Translations under genes and position numbers: made by a program | Part shown: positions 35,829 through 46,301 of the stretch, one piece after another | Layout: every line of letters starts with the position of its first letter | Position numbering within the stretch: the stretch's first letter is position 1 | Notes under the pieces: generated by a model | Databases searched by the model: none | What the model was told of the DNA's origin: nothing | The model's input: only the letters and a program-made list of their open reading frames with translations | NCBI GenBank assembly: GCA_043810775.1 | Contig: JBDRNU010000003.1 | Span: forward strand, 11,778 to 75,777 | Direction of reading: 5' to 3' | DNA: 64,000 nucleotides | From: an archaeon | GTDB lineage: Archaea; Nanobdellota; Nanobdellia; Pacearchaeales; GW2011-AR1

Positions 35829-36776
35829 TTAGAGTATACCTAATATAACAGTAATATAGGCAATGAGCATGCCTACAAATATACCTGCAGTTAGGAAAGG
35901 CATTGCAGGGTAGAATTTTCCTTTTTTTGCAAACATAAATAAGGCTAGTAGAGCAAGAGTGGCAAATAAAGTTATAGACAGTGCCTGAACAATTCCAAAA
36001 GCTCTTAAAAATACTCCTGCTGCAATTATTGGAAATACTACATCTCCTCCACCAAGAATTGCAAGATTAACTTTTACTTTTTGCTCTTTTTTTGACTTGG
36101 ATTTCTTAGCTTGCTTTAGCTTCTGCCTAGTTTTCTTATCAATATAAGGGACAAAAAACCCGGCAAAGAATTTTAGTTCATTCATCTGGAAATGAGCCAT
36201 TTTTTGCATAAATCCAGCGTGCCAAACTGCATATATATCATAAGCTGATATTAAAATTAAAAGTAAGATTATTGACCATAGAGTTAGGATTGGCACAAAA
36301 ATTGCAGCTATTCCTGGGTAAATTAAAAGCTCTGTGAAATTATGAACTATTATATTTCTTTTAAAAACTTTGAAAAATGCAAGGGGTAAGGAAATTACCA
36401 GGGCAATTATAGCTGAAAATTGAAAGTAATTTTGCAAAGACGCATTAAAGCTTACTCCAATTGCAATAGCTATTACAAGAAAAAACCACAATCTTAAGAA
36501 AGTTACTGCTTTTATTTTCATTAGCACAAGAATAAGGAGCACTGCAATAGTCATTCCAATAACTATACTTATTAGTGAAATTTCTGGCTCAGTTTCAGGA
36601 GGTTCAAGATTATAAGGGAGTACAGGTCCAATAGATACATTTTGTTTTTCACCTGTAGTCTGATTCACTATTTCTGTTATTACAGGTGTATAAGCATGTA
36701 TAACTGCAAGGCCTATTAGCTGTGTAACTATAAACATTGCGACTAAGATTAAAGTAACTTTTGCGTTATGCTTCAC
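35829..36776 (-). CDS. presenilin/signal-peptide-peptidase-like intramembrane aspartyl protease (A22)
   Basis: Multi-TM protein with the YD motif (SAYDIYAVW), GxGD (LGGGDVVFP) and a PAL-like YPAMPFL. Confidence 0.65.
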   Translation of the reverse strand: MKHNAKVTLILVAMFIVTQLIGLAVIHAYTPVITEIVNQTTGEKQNVSIGPVLPYNLEPPETEPEISLISIVIGMTIAVLLILVLMKIKAVTFLRLWFFLVIAIAIGVSFNASLQNYFQFSAIIALVISLPLAFFKVFKRNIIVHNFTELLIYPGIAAIFVPILTLWSIILLLILISAYDIYAVWHAGFMQKMAHFQMNELKFFAGFFVPYIDKKTRQKLKQAKKSKSKKEQKVKVNLAILGGGDVVFPIIAAGVFLRAFGIVQALSITLFATLALLALFMFAKKGKFYPAMPFLTAGIFVGMLIAYITVILGIL

Positions 36777-36852
36777 ATTATTTTCCTCTCTTATTTTAGG
36801 TTAAAAATATAAGAAAAAGAAGGTTTATAAATCTTTAAAAAAATAAAATTTC

Positions 36853-37851
36853 CTAGTTAAGAGTATTATAATCTTGAGTTTTATTGAACTTCTGGAGCTT
36901 TTTCAAAATTTCTTGGTCTCCTTTTCTAATGAAAGAGCCGTCTTTTACTGCAAGATGCTCGTCATAAAGCCCGACAAAAATAGTTATATTTTTATTTCTT
37001 CCATATTTAACTGCTCTTAAAACATCTATAAGCTGGGGAGGAGTATACTTTCCTTTTCTGAATTCTTTCTCAAGCATGGTGCCTTTTGCAACATAAGTTG
37101 GATTAAGATGCATATTAATCTTAACTTTATGTTTTTTGGCAACTTTGCTAAGATAGTCAATGCCTTTTTTTATATCTTCTACTGCCTCCTTATCACCCAT
37201 ACCTGGAACTGGCTTTTGCATAAAATAGCACTTTAAATTAAATTTGTAATTTGCAAGCTTTTTAACCAGGGATTCAAAAGTCCTAAGTTCAAGACCTTTT
37301 CTAAATACCTTATTCCTGATATGCCTGTCAAAAGCCTCAAATCCTATTGCAATCTCTAAATTTGTATGAGTCTCCCCTTCATTAAGGACTCTTGACAAGA
37401 ATTCCAGCTCACTTAAATCAACATATTCTGGCCTTGTTTCTAAACTAACTATTGAAAGGTTTTTGAGGTGAATATTAAGCATAGCTATTAAGTAGATAAG
37501 GGCTGTGCTTGAAAAGGTTCTTTCATCTAATACTGAACCATTATTACTTACTATAACTTTTTTTATAATTTCTTTGAATTTTTTTACTTTAGGCAGTTTA
37601 AAAATATAATCTATTTGTTTTATAATATGCTTAAATCCAATGTAATTTTCTGACATTGCGGAAGGCAAATTACAACCAAGGCATTGAGACCACCTGCAAG
37701 TTTGAGTATAAAAAACAATGAAAAGAATTTTTCCTTCTTCTGAATCCTGAAACCATACTTCTAGTGGTTTGTCTTTATTATGAGACTCATTAAATTTATA
37801 ATTCTTGTCAAATTTTTTCATAATTCTTGCAGATTTCTTGTTTTTACCCAT
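36853..37851 (-). CDS. radical-SAM-like protein (TIGR01210/RaSEA-like), CX4CX2C cluster
   Basis: FYTQTCRWSQCLGCNL Cys triad near the N-terminus with TIM-barrel-like periodicity. The start may be the internal M11 (37821), given the TATA at 37863..37870. Confidence 0.5.
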   Translation of the reverse strand: MGKNKKSARIMKKFDKNYKFNESHNKDKPLEVWFQDSEEGKILFIVFYTQTCRWSQCLGCNLPSAMSENYIGFKHIIKQIDYIFKLPKVKKFKEIIKKVIVSNNGSVLDERTFSSTALIYLIAMLNIHLKNLSIVSLETRPEYVDLSELEFLSRVLNEGETHTNLEIAIGFEAFDRHIRNKVFRKGLELRTFESLVKKLANYKFNLKCYFMQKPVPGMGDKEAVEDIKKGIDYLSKVAKKHKVKINMHLNPTYVAKGTMLEKEFRKGKYTPPQLIDVLRAVKYGRNKNITIFVGLYDEHLAVKDGSFIRKGDQEILKKLQKFNKTQDYNTLN

Positions 37852-37899
37852 ATTAAGATTAGTTATATAAGAAATTTAAAGGTTTGTATTTTTCCGACA

Positions 37900-38787
37900 T
37901 CAAAAAGAAATAATTCTATCTTTCCGAATTCCTGTTCTAGAATTAAACTTTATTCTGCTTATCTTTATGACTTTCCTGAAAAATATAAAATCTTTTAAAA
38001 CTTTATCTGCCCCATCCAAACACCCAATAATATTTTTATTTATGGCCTGGAATATTTCAATACTTTTTGTAAAGAAAATTTTTCTATTATTAAGGCAGAG
38101 TTTGAAACCAATTATATAACCTTCTTTTTCAAATTCATTTACTACTTTATCAAGAACTTTTATTGAAAGTATATGAATATTATTCCTGTCTCCCAAATCT
38201 TTTCTTTTAAATTTAAGCCTAACAATTTGGGAGTTGCTTCTTTTGTCAAAACCCATACTTATTGGAAGTATTGATTCCATACCATACCTATATCTCTTGG
38301 CATACCTAGTGTAATTAGTTAAAGTTGTTGCTCTTTCTAATTTATAATTAAAATAGTTTTTGTAGAACTGCAATCTCCAATTACTTGAAATATTCACAAG
38401 AAACATTTCTAAATCCTGTCCAAGCTCCTTGCCAATTATGTATGCTGCAAAGATTGCTACAACAGAATCTATTGAAAGAAAGGCTTCTGGAGCAAACATC
38501 CAAAAAAATAGCAAAATTATAATTCCCATAACTAACCCTAAAACTTTATTAAATGAAAGACTAATTTTAGAATAAACAGAATCTTCCCCCTCTTTAATAT
38601 CTTGAACATATTCTTCAAAAGGATTACAGAGAATATGATCTGCATTAATATTTCTACTTAAAGGATATACTAAAATATGGCTCTCAATAGAAGAAAACTT
38701 CCTAAGTTCATTTATATTTTGAAGTTCAATGTCATAAGTGCCTTTTTGAGATTTCTTTACTCTAAAATAAGGATTTAAATTTTTCAC
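37900..38787 (-). CDS. hypothetical membrane protein (2 TM)
   Basis: 295-aa ORF with two central hydrophobic helices. No family recognised. Confidence 0.45.
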   Translation of the reverse strand: MKNLNPYFRVKKSQKGTYDIELQNINELRKFSSIESHILVYPLSRNINADHILCNPFEEYVQDIKEGEDSVYSKISLSFNKVLGLVMGIIILLFFWMFAPEAFLSIDSVVAIFAAYIIGKELGQDLEMFLVNISSNWRLQFYKNYFNYKLERATTLTNYTRYAKRYRYGMESILPISMGFDKRSNSQIVRLKFKRKDLGDRNNIHILSIKVLDKVVNEFEKEGYIIGFKLCLNNRKIFFTKSIEIFQAINKNIIGCLDGADKVLKDFIFFRKVIKISRIKFNSRTGIRKDRIISF

Positions 38788-38905
38788 AATTAGACTAAAT
38801 AATTACCTATTATAAATATTTTGCCTAGCAGGATTATAACTCTTAATTTAAACATGCCTTTTTAATTATAATAATCCTTATATAACTAATATTTCTAAAA
38901 TGTAA

Positions 38906-39757
38906 ATGAGCATTGAAAATCTAACTATAATTGGTGAGAGAGCAAACAGGCAAGGCTCTAGTAAAGTTAAAATAATATTAGATGAAGAAGTTAGCAGGGG
39001 GAAATACTATAATCTTCAAGAGTTGGCAGTGAGGCAAGCAGAGCAAGGCGCAGATTATATTGATATCAACGTTGATGATTTGGGAGAACAGGTGATGAGA
39101 AATGCTATTATGGCTGTTCAAGAGGTGGTAGATATACCTCTATGCATTGACAGTGGGGATCCAATGGTGCTAGTTGCTGGTTTAGGGGTTTATGATACAG
39201 AGAAAGCTGGGGGGGAACTTCCAATTATAAATTCAGCTGATAGAACAACTGCAGACTCAATATTAGGTTTAAGAAATCTGAAACCATTTAAGATTGTCCT
39301 ATTAACTCGAGGTTATTTAGATGTAAAAGAGCTGTACTGGGGTGCAAGAAAAGCCGGATTTAAACAAGAAGATATTTATCTTGATCCTAGGATTGTGCCT
39401 ATTTCAAGTGATTATGAAGGAAATATTAAGAAAGCTCTAGGGTATTTGGATAAAATCAGCACAGATGCAGAAATGAGGGGAGTGCATACTTTACTGGGAT
39501 TGACAAATGTTTCTAAAGGCAGCCCTATTAAATTAAAGGATTCTCTTGAAAATGCTGTGCTTACACTTGCCCTAGAAAAAGGACTGGATACTATAATAGG
39601 GGACCCTTCCAGAAAATATAGCTTATTGCCCGAGGAGAATAATGTATTAAATTTAGTAAAGGAATTTATAAATACTGATATTTATTCTTATGAAGGAATG
39701 AGATTATTAAGCAAATATTTTTCAAGCTTGAGGGAAGATGAAAAGCCAAGAAAATAA
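38906..39757 (+). CDS. pterin-binding-domain protein (DHPS / methyltetrahydrofolate methyltransferase-like)
   Basis: IIGERANRQGSSKV...AVRQAEQGADYIDINVDD resembles the Pterin_bind N-terminal signature. Confidence 0.5.
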   Translation: MSIENLTIIGERANRQGSSKVKIILDEEVSRGKYYNLQELAVRQAEQGADYIDINVDDLGEQVMRNAIMAVQEVVDIPLCIDSGDPMVLVAGLGVYDTEKAGGELPIINSADRTTADSILGLRNLKPFKIVLLTRGYLDVKELYWGARKAGFKQEDIYLDPRIVPISSDYEGNIKKALGYLDKISTDAEMRGVHTLLGLTNVSKGSPIKLKDSLENAVLTLALEKGLDTIIGDPSRKYSLLPEENNVLNLVKEFINTDIYSYEGMRLLSKYFSSLREDEKPRK

Positions 39758-40166
39758 AAAGCATATAGTGGCTATTACTGCTTTTATAAAAAATCAAGAA
39801 GGGGACAAATTTCTAATTGTTAAGAGAAGTAAAAATGAAATTGCTTATCCTGGGAAATGGGCTTTTCCGGGAGGCAAGGTTGAAAAAGGTTATGATATAC
39901 TTGCAACTTTAAAAAGAGAGGTTATGGAAGAGGTGGGACTTGAAATTGAAAATTTTAAGGAATATTTGTATGATTTTACTTTTGAAAGACCTGACGGAAA
40001 TAATGTAGTGGGTTTATGTTTTGAAGTAAAAGCTAAATCTGAAGATGTTAAGCTAAGCGAGGATTTTGAAGATTTTGCATGGATTAGACCTGAAGAGCTT
40101 GACAAGTATGAATATATTAGGGGTATGGAAAGAGAGGTGAATCTTGCGTTTAGCAAAGAAAAATAG
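39738..40166 (+). CDS. NUDIX hydrolase
   Basis: Nudix box GGKVEKGYDILATLKREVMEEVGLEI (GX5EX7REVXEEXGL). Confidence 0.8.
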   Translation: MKSQENKKHIVAITAFIKNQEGDKFLIVKRSKNEIAYPGKWAFPGGKVEKGYDILATLKREVMEEVGLEIENFKEYLYDFTFERPDGNNVVGLCFEVKAKSEDVKLSEDFEDFAWIRPEELDKYEYIRGMEREVNLAFSKEK

Positions 40167-40208
40167 AGAACAATAAAACTTATAAATAGTCAAATTAGTG
40201 GTTTTATA

Positions 40209-41528
40209 ATGTCTGAATTAATTGTACTAAAGACTGGGGGAACTTCCCATATACATGGGGGAGATATTGAGAGAGATAAAAGGATTCTTAAATCTGATAG
40301 CAGAAGGAGGGTGATGTTTGTTTCTGCACCTGGAAAAATAGGAAGTAACAGAAAGGTAACTGATTTGCTTATAGACTATTATAATGCTAAAACTGTAGAT
40401 TTAAAAGACACTTTTTTTAGAGCGATTATTGACAGATATAAGGGGATATTTTACGGGACAGACTTACGAGAAGCAGAAGAATCGCTAAAAGCATGCAGTA
40501 CAATAGGAGAAACAAAAGCGTGGGGAGAAGATACACTTGCAAAGCTACTTTCTAGAACTATTCCAAATGCAGAATATGTTAATCCAAGAGATGTTTTTTT
40601 AGTAGAAGGAAAAGATGGAGAAGCTATTATTCTTCCTGAATCTTCTGAAATGATTAAAAGAACTATTGGAGAGGTATTGAATAGAGGAAAAATTGCAATT
40701 GTTCCTGGCTTTTTTGGTTATAATAGAAATGGGGAGGTTATAACTCTTCCAAGAGGCTGTTCTGATGAAAGTGCGGCTTGTGCAGCCGGAGTTCTCGAAG
40801 CATTAGTATATGAAAACCGAACTGATGTAGAGGGAGTTTATGCTGCTAATAGAGATATTGTTCCTGATGCTAGATTAATTCCTGAACTTACATATAAAGA
40901 AATGAGAGCCTTGTCTGTTGGAGGCTTTCATGTGTTACATCCAAGAGCAGTAGCGCATGTTGAAAATAAAATGGTGCCCATACATATAGGAAATTCAGAA
41001 GAGATTGATGGGACTGGAACTTTAGTTGTTTTTGATAGAGTTGTAAACCCTAAAAAACCAATTGTAGGAATTGCTTACCAGCCAGGATTTTGTGTTTTTG
41101 AAATTGAAAAAACAGGATTCGATGATATTCCAGGGGGTGTAGAAAAAATACTTGAGATATTTGGTGAGAGGAATATAAACTGGAACTACATGCCACATGG
41201 TACTGATGATATTTCAATAGCATTGACACAAGACCAGGTTAGTGGAAGAGGAATAGTTCATGAAATCACAAGAGAAATTTACAAGGCTGTGGGTGGAGGA
41301 TATGCTGAAATTGGATTCAAGCACGATTTAGGAGTGTTAGTCGTAGCTGGCAAGGGGATGAAAGATCGTTCTGGGACTTCAGCAAAAGTAGATGAAGTAT
41401 TTAGTGATAATGCGATTAATTTAATTGGGAAAACGCAGGGTACAAAACAAAGAAACATGATTTATATAATTTCTGAAGGAGATGGAGCAAGTGCAGTTGA
41501 CCAACTATATGATGAGTTCATAAGATAG
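40209..41528 (+). CDS. aspartate-kinase-like amino-acid kinase
   Basis: VLKTGGTS and FVSAPGK...VTDLL N-terminal kinase motifs. About 440 aa with a C-terminal ACT-like region. Confidence 0.55.
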   Translation: MSELIVLKTGGTSHIHGGDIERDKRILKSDSRRRVMFVSAPGKIGSNRKVTDLLIDYYNAKTVDLKDTFFRAIIDRYKGIFYGTDLREAEESLKACSTIGETKAWGEDTLAKLLSRTIPNAEYVNPRDVFLVEGKDGEAIILPESSEMIKRTIGEVLNRGKIAIVPGFFGYNRNGEVITLPRGCSDESAACAAGVLEALVYENRTDVEGVYAANRDIVPDARLIPELTYKEMRALSVGGFHVLHPRAVAHVENKMVPIHIGNSEEIDGTGTLVVFDRVVNPKKPIVGIAYQPGFCVFEIEKTGFDDIPGGVEKILEIFGERNINWNYMPHGTDDISIALTQDQVSGRGIVHEITREIYKAVGGGYAEIGFKHDLGVLVVAGKGMKDRSGTSAKVDEVFSDNAINLIGKTQGTKQRNMIYIISEGDGASAVDQLYDEFIR

Positions 41529-43418
41529 CTATCTTATCCTTATAGTCTCAAGATTTCTAGGAACATTAGTCTCGATTCTATTCAATTTATAGATTGAAGA
41601 AGCTAAATCAATGCACTTGCTTGATTCGCCGTGATTAATAATTACTCGCTTAGGCTTTGGGTTGATATGGTTGATAAATGCAAGAAGCTGATTTCTACCT
41701 GAATGGCCTGAAAAACCAGGGATAGTATGAACTTCCATTAGCACTTTTACATCTTCTTCTTTATTAGATTCAGAGTTCATCATTTTTACTTCTTTAAGCC
41801 CATCTTGAACTTGACGGCCTAAACTTCCTGAACCCTGATAACAGACAAAAATCAGACTGTTTCTTTTATTTCCTGCGAACTCGCGAAAATACTCAACAGA
41901 TGCCCCACCTACAAGCATACCTGAAGTTGCAAGAACTACACAAGGTCCTCCTTCAATGACTTTTTTCCTTTCTTGCGGTGAGCGAATTCTAGTAAAAACG
42001 TCACTTAAAAAAGGATTTTTATCTTGGAAAATCTGAGTTCTGACAACTCCTGACAAGAAATTAGGATAAGCTGTATGAATTCCATTAATATCCCAAATCA
42101 TACCATTAATATAAATAGGAACTTTAGGAATTTTTCCCTGCCTCATGGCATCTTCCAAAACAAGCATTGTTTCTTGCGACCTTCCTAAACCAAGTTCTGG
42201 AATAAGAACTTTTCCTTTTCTTTCAATTGTTTTTTTAACAAGGTCTAGGAATTCGTCCTCAACATCTTTTCTCTGAGGAAGGGCATCATTTTTGCTTCCA
42301 TAAGTGGATTCTACAATTAGTGTTTCAAGTCTTGGAAAATTTATAGCAGAAGCCTCTAGTAGTCTTGTTCTTCCAAATTTCATATCGCCTGTATAAATCA
42401 AATTGTGGAGACCATTTCCAATATTTAAATGAACCATAGCACTTCCAAGAGCATGACCTGCGTTATAAAATGTTAATCTTACATCTGGAGTTACATCAGT
42501 TACCTCATTATAATCTAAACATATTGAGTGCTTGACCATTTCCTTTATATCAGTAGAGGAGTATAAAGGAGCTGTAGCTTGCTTATAAGCTACACCAATA
42601 AAATCTAAAGCAATAAGTGAGGCTATATCTCTTGTAGGAGTAGTCATATAACAAGGCCCTCGGTAGCCCATTTTATACAAGTAAGGAAGTAATCCACAAT
42701 GATCAAGATGTGCATGAGTTAAGATAACTGCATCAATTTGATTTATATCAAATTCAGGAATATCAAAAAACGGAAACTTTTCTGAATTATGAGCTGCAAT
42801 ATTCACCCCACAGTCCATCAAAATTTTTGACTCCGGAGTATGTAAAAGCAAGCATGATCGCCCAACCTGCCTTGCCCCACCTAAAAAAGTCAATCTTATC
42901 CATTCATCTAACTTTTCTGGATTCCACTCTTTGTAAATTTTTTTACCTATAGAATTTAAAAATCTTTTTCTGTAATTATTATTTAAATAAAGAACTGCCC
43001 TAATATTTTCTGTAATTTTACTAGGGATGGCCGGACTTCTTTGAACTTGTGGTATCCAAAAAGTTTTCCTCTTGATTTCCTGAAGGACACTTCCTTGTTT
43101 TCCTATTACCATTCCTGGTTTTTTTGCCTCAACTACCACTATTGACCTTTGAACATCAAAAATAATGCTAGTAACTTCAGCTTCCTTTGGAACTATTTTG
43201 CGGATTTCTTTTTCGGATTTTTCCTGGTCTTGCAGTAATTTGCTGTCTGCTCTAAGCTCAATTCTTTTTTTTATTTTATCAACTACTTTCTTTATTTCAT
43301 TTTCTCCTTCTAAGAAAAAATTAGTATCATCAGTGTAAAGAACTATGTTTGCACCTTCAAAATTTGCACTAGCAATGCATTTTGGAAGTTGCTCTTGTAT
43401 ATTTTTAAGAATGTCCAT
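41529..43418 (-). CDS. aCPSF1 (KH-domain beta-CASP metallo-beta-lactamase ribonuclease)
   Basis: N-terminal KH GxxG (VIGKQGSVLQEI), the MBL motif HAHLDHCG and beta-CASP motifs. About 630 aa. The ATG at 43418 is preferred over the TTG at 43424. Confidence 0.85.
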   Translation of the reverse strand: MDILKNIQEQLPKCIASANFEGANIVLYTDDTNFFLEGENEIKKVVDKIKKRIELRADSKLLQDQEKSEKEIRKIVPKEAEVTSIIFDVQRSIVVVEAKKPGMVIGKQGSVLQEIKRKTFWIPQVQRSPAIPSKITENIRAVLYLNNNYRKRFLNSIGKKIYKEWNPEKLDEWIRLTFLGGARQVGRSCLLLHTPESKILMDCGVNIAAHNSEKFPFFDIPEFDINQIDAVILTHAHLDHCGLLPYLYKMGYRGPCYMTTPTRDIASLIALDFIGVAYKQATAPLYSSTDIKEMVKHSICLDYNEVTDVTPDVRLTFYNAGHALGSAMVHLNIGNGLHNLIYTGDMKFGRTRLLEASAINFPRLETLIVESTYGSKNDALPQRKDVEDEFLDLVKKTIERKGKVLIPELGLGRSQETMLVLEDAMRQGKIPKVPIYINGMIWDINGIHTAYPNFLSGVVRTQIFQDKNPFLSDVFTRIRSPQERKKVIEGGPCVVLATSGMLVGGASVEYFREFAGNKRNSLIFVCYQGSGSLGRQVQDGLKEVKMMNSESNKEEDVKVLMEVHTIPGFSGHSGRNQLLAFINHINPKPKRVIINHGESSKCIDLASSIYKLNRIETNVPRNLETIRIR

Positions 43419-43455
43419 TTTCAAAACAACCTACAATTTTTTTGTATTTTCCCTT
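43416..43455 (-). promoter_or_regulatory. conserved 40-nt leader block with hairpin, copy B (upstream of aCPSF1)
   Basis: Sense strand reads AAGGGAAAATACAAAAAAATTGTAGGTTGTTTTGAAAATG. It differs from copy A only by CC to TT in the stem, giving G-U wobbles that preserve pairing. Confidence 0.6.
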
Positions 43456-43534
43456 GAGACTTTAGAAATTTTTTTAGTTTCATGTTTCTGAGAGTAATCA
43501 AAAACCTGTAGTTTTTGACATTGAGAATATTAAA

Positions 43535-44197
43535 TTAATTCTGGTCTTTGTAAACTGACTCCACTTCTTGCTTAATCACTTGCTTAATCCCTTCTTTTGT
43601 TATAGTATAAACGTCTACTCCAAATCCTGAACCAACATCTCTTTGAGATGAAGCTTTAATTGCATCAATAGCCAGATTAACAGCTTGTTTTACAGTAAGA
43701 TCCTTAGAGTACTGCCTTTCTAGCAATCCTAAAATAAAAGGCATTCCAGATGAGAAGTTAGCATCATAGTCTTCAACTTTTTTTACACTTCCTGCAGGTT
43801 CTATTGTATAAAGCTCAAAAGAACCATCTTCATTATATCCTGCAACTAAACTGCCGACTATACTAGGAATTGTTGTAAATTGGCGTATATTTCTAAAAGA
43901 GAGCATCCCTATTAAATTGGCTCCTTCTTTTACTGTTGGCCTTTGCTTTGTTTTTAGTTCCTTTAACTTTAGCTCAGCTCTGACCACTTTCCTAAGCAAT
44001 TCTATATCTGCAGAGATGCCAGTACATGCTATTAATAGATAGTCATTAATATAAGCTACTTTTGGCTCATCTTTTCTTAAAACTAGTGTTCCAGCAGTGG
44101 CTTTTCTGTCACCTGCTAAAACTATTCCATCCTTACACACTATTCCTACAATACTTGTACTTGATTTCAAGATATTATTTTTTAGTTCTTGATCCAT
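43535..44197 (-). CDS. psmB: proteasome subunit beta
   Basis: Propeptide followed by TSIVGIVCKDGIVLAGDRKATAG, with an N-terminal Thr nucleophile context. Confidence 0.85.
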   Translation of the reverse strand: MDQELKNNILKSSTSIVGIVCKDGIVLAGDRKATAGTLVLRKDEPKVAYINDYLLIACTGISADIELLRKVVRAELKLKELKTKQRPTVKEGANLIGMLSFRNIRQFTTIPSIVGSLVAGYNEDGSFELYTIEPAGSVKKVEDYDANFSSGMPFILGLLERQYSKDLTVKQAVNLAIDAIKASSQRDVGSGFGVDVYTITKEGIKQVIKQEVESVYKDQN

Positions 44198-44266
44198 TTT
44201 AAGAATTTGAATCGCTTTAGAATTGCTAAATTACTTAACAAATTGTTGTTTATAAAGATTTCGCTT

Positions 44267-44830
44267 TTAGACAGACTCAAATCTCTCGCTCACAACTTCC
44301 CAGTTAATTACTTTAAAGAAATTTTCAATGTAATCTGTTTTTTTTAAGCCATAATCTGTGATAAATGAGTGCTCAAAAACATCCATAACTAATAAAGGGA
44401 CAGCTGTTGCTAAATGACCAGTGTTATGCTCATTAATCCAGGTATTAAAAAGCCTCTTAGTTTCTTTGTCATAAGTTAGTATTGCCCATCCTATTCCCCT
44501 CATTGCCCCAATTGATTTAAATTGTTTTTCAAAGTTTTCAAAACTTCCAAAATCCTGTGAAATCTTTGAATAGATAGGTGTTGTTTTGTCAATTTCCTTA
44601 GATTGGGAAGACATATTTCCAAAATATAGCTCGTGAAGCCTCATTCCATTAAACTCCCATCCAAATCTCCTAGTTAGCTCTGCAAATTCTATGCTTCCTT
44701 TGTCTTTTAGTGTTTCCAGAAGTTTCAGTGTATTTGTAACATATCCATTATACAGTGAAAAGTGATTTCTAAGAAGGATATCAGAAAATCCCCTTGTTCC
44801 AATCAAATTCTCAAAATTTTTAGGCTCCAT
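44267..44830 (-). CDS. Fe/Mn-family superoxide dismutase-like protein
   Basis: FNGMRLHELYF (second His ligand context) and MDVFEHSF (D-x-x-E-H ligand motif). The N-terminal His-rich motif is degenerate. Confidence 0.6.
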   Translation of the reverse strand: MEPKNFENLIGTRGFSDILLRNHFSLYNGYVTNTLKLLETLKDKGSIEFAELTRRFGWEFNGMRLHELYFGNMSSQSKEIDKTTPIYSKISQDFGSFENFEKQFKSIGAMRGIGWAILTYDKETKRLFNTWINEHNTGHLATAVPLLVMDVFEHSFITDYGLKKTDYIENFFKVINWEVVSERFESV

Positions 44831-44836
44831 TTTAAT

Positions 44837-44974
44837 TTATCCTAATTTTTGTATTTTCTCTTCAATAAGTTCCATATCTTCGCCGCAACAGACTAGAGTT
44901 CCTGCGCCTTCATGAATAACTTTCACTATGTTTCCACAGATATTGCATTTGTAAACTTGTTCTTTTTTAGTCAT
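44837..44974 (-). CDS. desulforedoxin-like small iron protein (45 aa; not in ORF track)
   Basis: Minus-strand translation [45 protein letters not shown]. It carries the CxxC...CC signature of desulforedoxin / Dfx N-domain. Confidence 0.65.
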   Translation of the reverse strand: MTKKEQVYKCNICGNIVKVIHEGAGTLVCCGEDMELIEEKIQKLG

Positions 44975-44984
44975 TTTTCAAATA

Positions 44985-45551
44985 TTAGTATTGTTCGCAC
45001 TTTACTTGGTAAAAGCTGGTTTCATGGTCGCAAGAAGGGCATTTTACAGGAGGTTGCTTGCCTTTATGCACATAGCCACACTCTCGGCATACCCACTCAA
45101 TTTCTTTGTCTTTTTTGAATATTGTGCCTTTTTCAAGCTGTTCAAGTATCTTCTTATAGCGCTCTTCGTGATGTTTCTCTGAAATAGCAATTGCCCTTAA
45201 ACGAGCTGCGATTTTAGGCAGATTTTCCTTTTCTGCAGTGTCTGCAAATGAGGGATACATTTTAGTGTATTCATGGTTTTCGCCAGAAATTGCTGCTTTA
45301 AGATTTTCTATTGTTTTTCCAATGACTAGAGGAGATGCTGCATCAACACTTATATCATTGCTATCTTTAAGCTCTTGTATATGTTCAAATATCTTTTTTG
45401 CATGCTCTTTTTCATTATCTGCTGTTATCTGAAAAATCTCTGCAATTTGCTCATATCCTTCTTTTCTTGCAATTGAGGCATAAAAAGTATATCTATTGCG
45501 TGCTTGAGACTCGCCTATAAATGATCTCACCAGATTTTTTAGTGTTTCCAT
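44985..45551 (-). CDS. rbr: rubrerythrin
   Basis: Ferritin-like ExxH pairs (EKEHAKK, EKHHEER) plus a C-terminal rubredoxin-like CRECG...CPSC. Confidence 0.85.
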   Translation of the reverse strand: METLKNLVRSFIGESQARNRYTFYASIARKEGYEQIAEIFQITADNEKEHAKKIFEHIQELKDSNDISVDAASPLVIGKTIENLKAAISGENHEYTKMYPSFADTAEKENLPKIAARLRAIAISEKHHEERYKKILEQLEKGTIFKKDKEIEWVCRECGYVHKGKQPPVKCPSCDHETSFYQVKCEQY

Positions 45552-45613
45552 TTTTTTATTAGATTAGCTTAGTTTATATAAATTATTATGATTCAGGACA
45601 GCTGATAATATCT

Positions 45614-45805
45614 CTATTTTTCCTTTTTCTCAGCTATAATTAATAATAATCCTCCAACTAGGAAGCATGCTGCTATAATGCCATTTATACTAGAAGTTGA
45701 ATTTTCCAGTATAACATAGCCTGTGAAGCCTGAAAATGAGTTTAGAGCAAAAATAATACTTATTATTATAGAAGCTAAACCCAACCATATACCTGTTTTA
45801 GCCAT
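45614..45805 (-). CDS. small membrane protein (2 TM)
   Basis: 63-aa ORF with two hydrophobic helices. Confidence 0.35.
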   Translation of the reverse strand: MAKTGIWLGLASIIISIIFALNSFSGFTGYVILENSTSSINGIIAACFLVGGLLLIIAEKKEK

Positions 45806-45896
45806 AGTTAAAGAAGGTTTTAGCAGTTAATAAAGTTTATGCTAAAATAGTTGCAAGGGAGTATAGAAATACTTAAAAATAGGGTTTTTATAGAGT

Positions 45897-46205
45897 ATGC
45901 AAGGGAAAATGAGCTTAAGAAATATATTGATTGGAGGAGCATTAATTTTTAGTTGCGTAGCTTGTGGTCCAGCGGCAACAGTTGAAATGAAAAAAGAAAC
46001 AAACCCAGAATATGACAAGAGTGAGAGATATGATGTGCAAAGGGTGGGGGTTTTTCAAGATGATTTGGCTTATCACAATAAAAGAGGAATTTATGAGATA
46101 AGAGACAGAAAAACAGGAAATGGGTATTTTGGCATAAGTGGAATTGGAATAACTGAAGTTGGAAGCCATTCAGATGGAAACTCCTCTGTAGAAGATGAGA
46201 GATAG
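45897..46205 (+). CDS. small secreted/lipoprotein-like protein
   Basis: Signal-like N-terminus ending in ...IFSCVACG. Confidence 0.4.
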   Translation: MQGKMSLRNILIGGALIFSCVACGPAATVEMKKETNPEYDKSERYDVQRVGVFQDDLAYHNKRGIYEIRDRKTGNGYFGISGIGITEVGSHSDGNSSVEDER

Positions 46206-46301
46206 TTTAATTCTTAATTTTAATAATTAGTTAAAGTTTATGTTAAGATGATTATTTTCTACACTATAAATATTTATAATACTAGACTAGCTTGAAAAAT
46301 A

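Noticed and set aside
35829-36776. The GxGD membrane protease as the missing prepilin (class III signal) peptidase of the pilus locus.
   Set aside because: The YD...GGGD...PAMP motif order and the ~9-TM, ~315-aa layout fit presenilin/SPP (A22) better than PibD/FlaK (A24). It is also 14 kb away from the pilus locus on the other strand. This cannot be excluded without profile searches.
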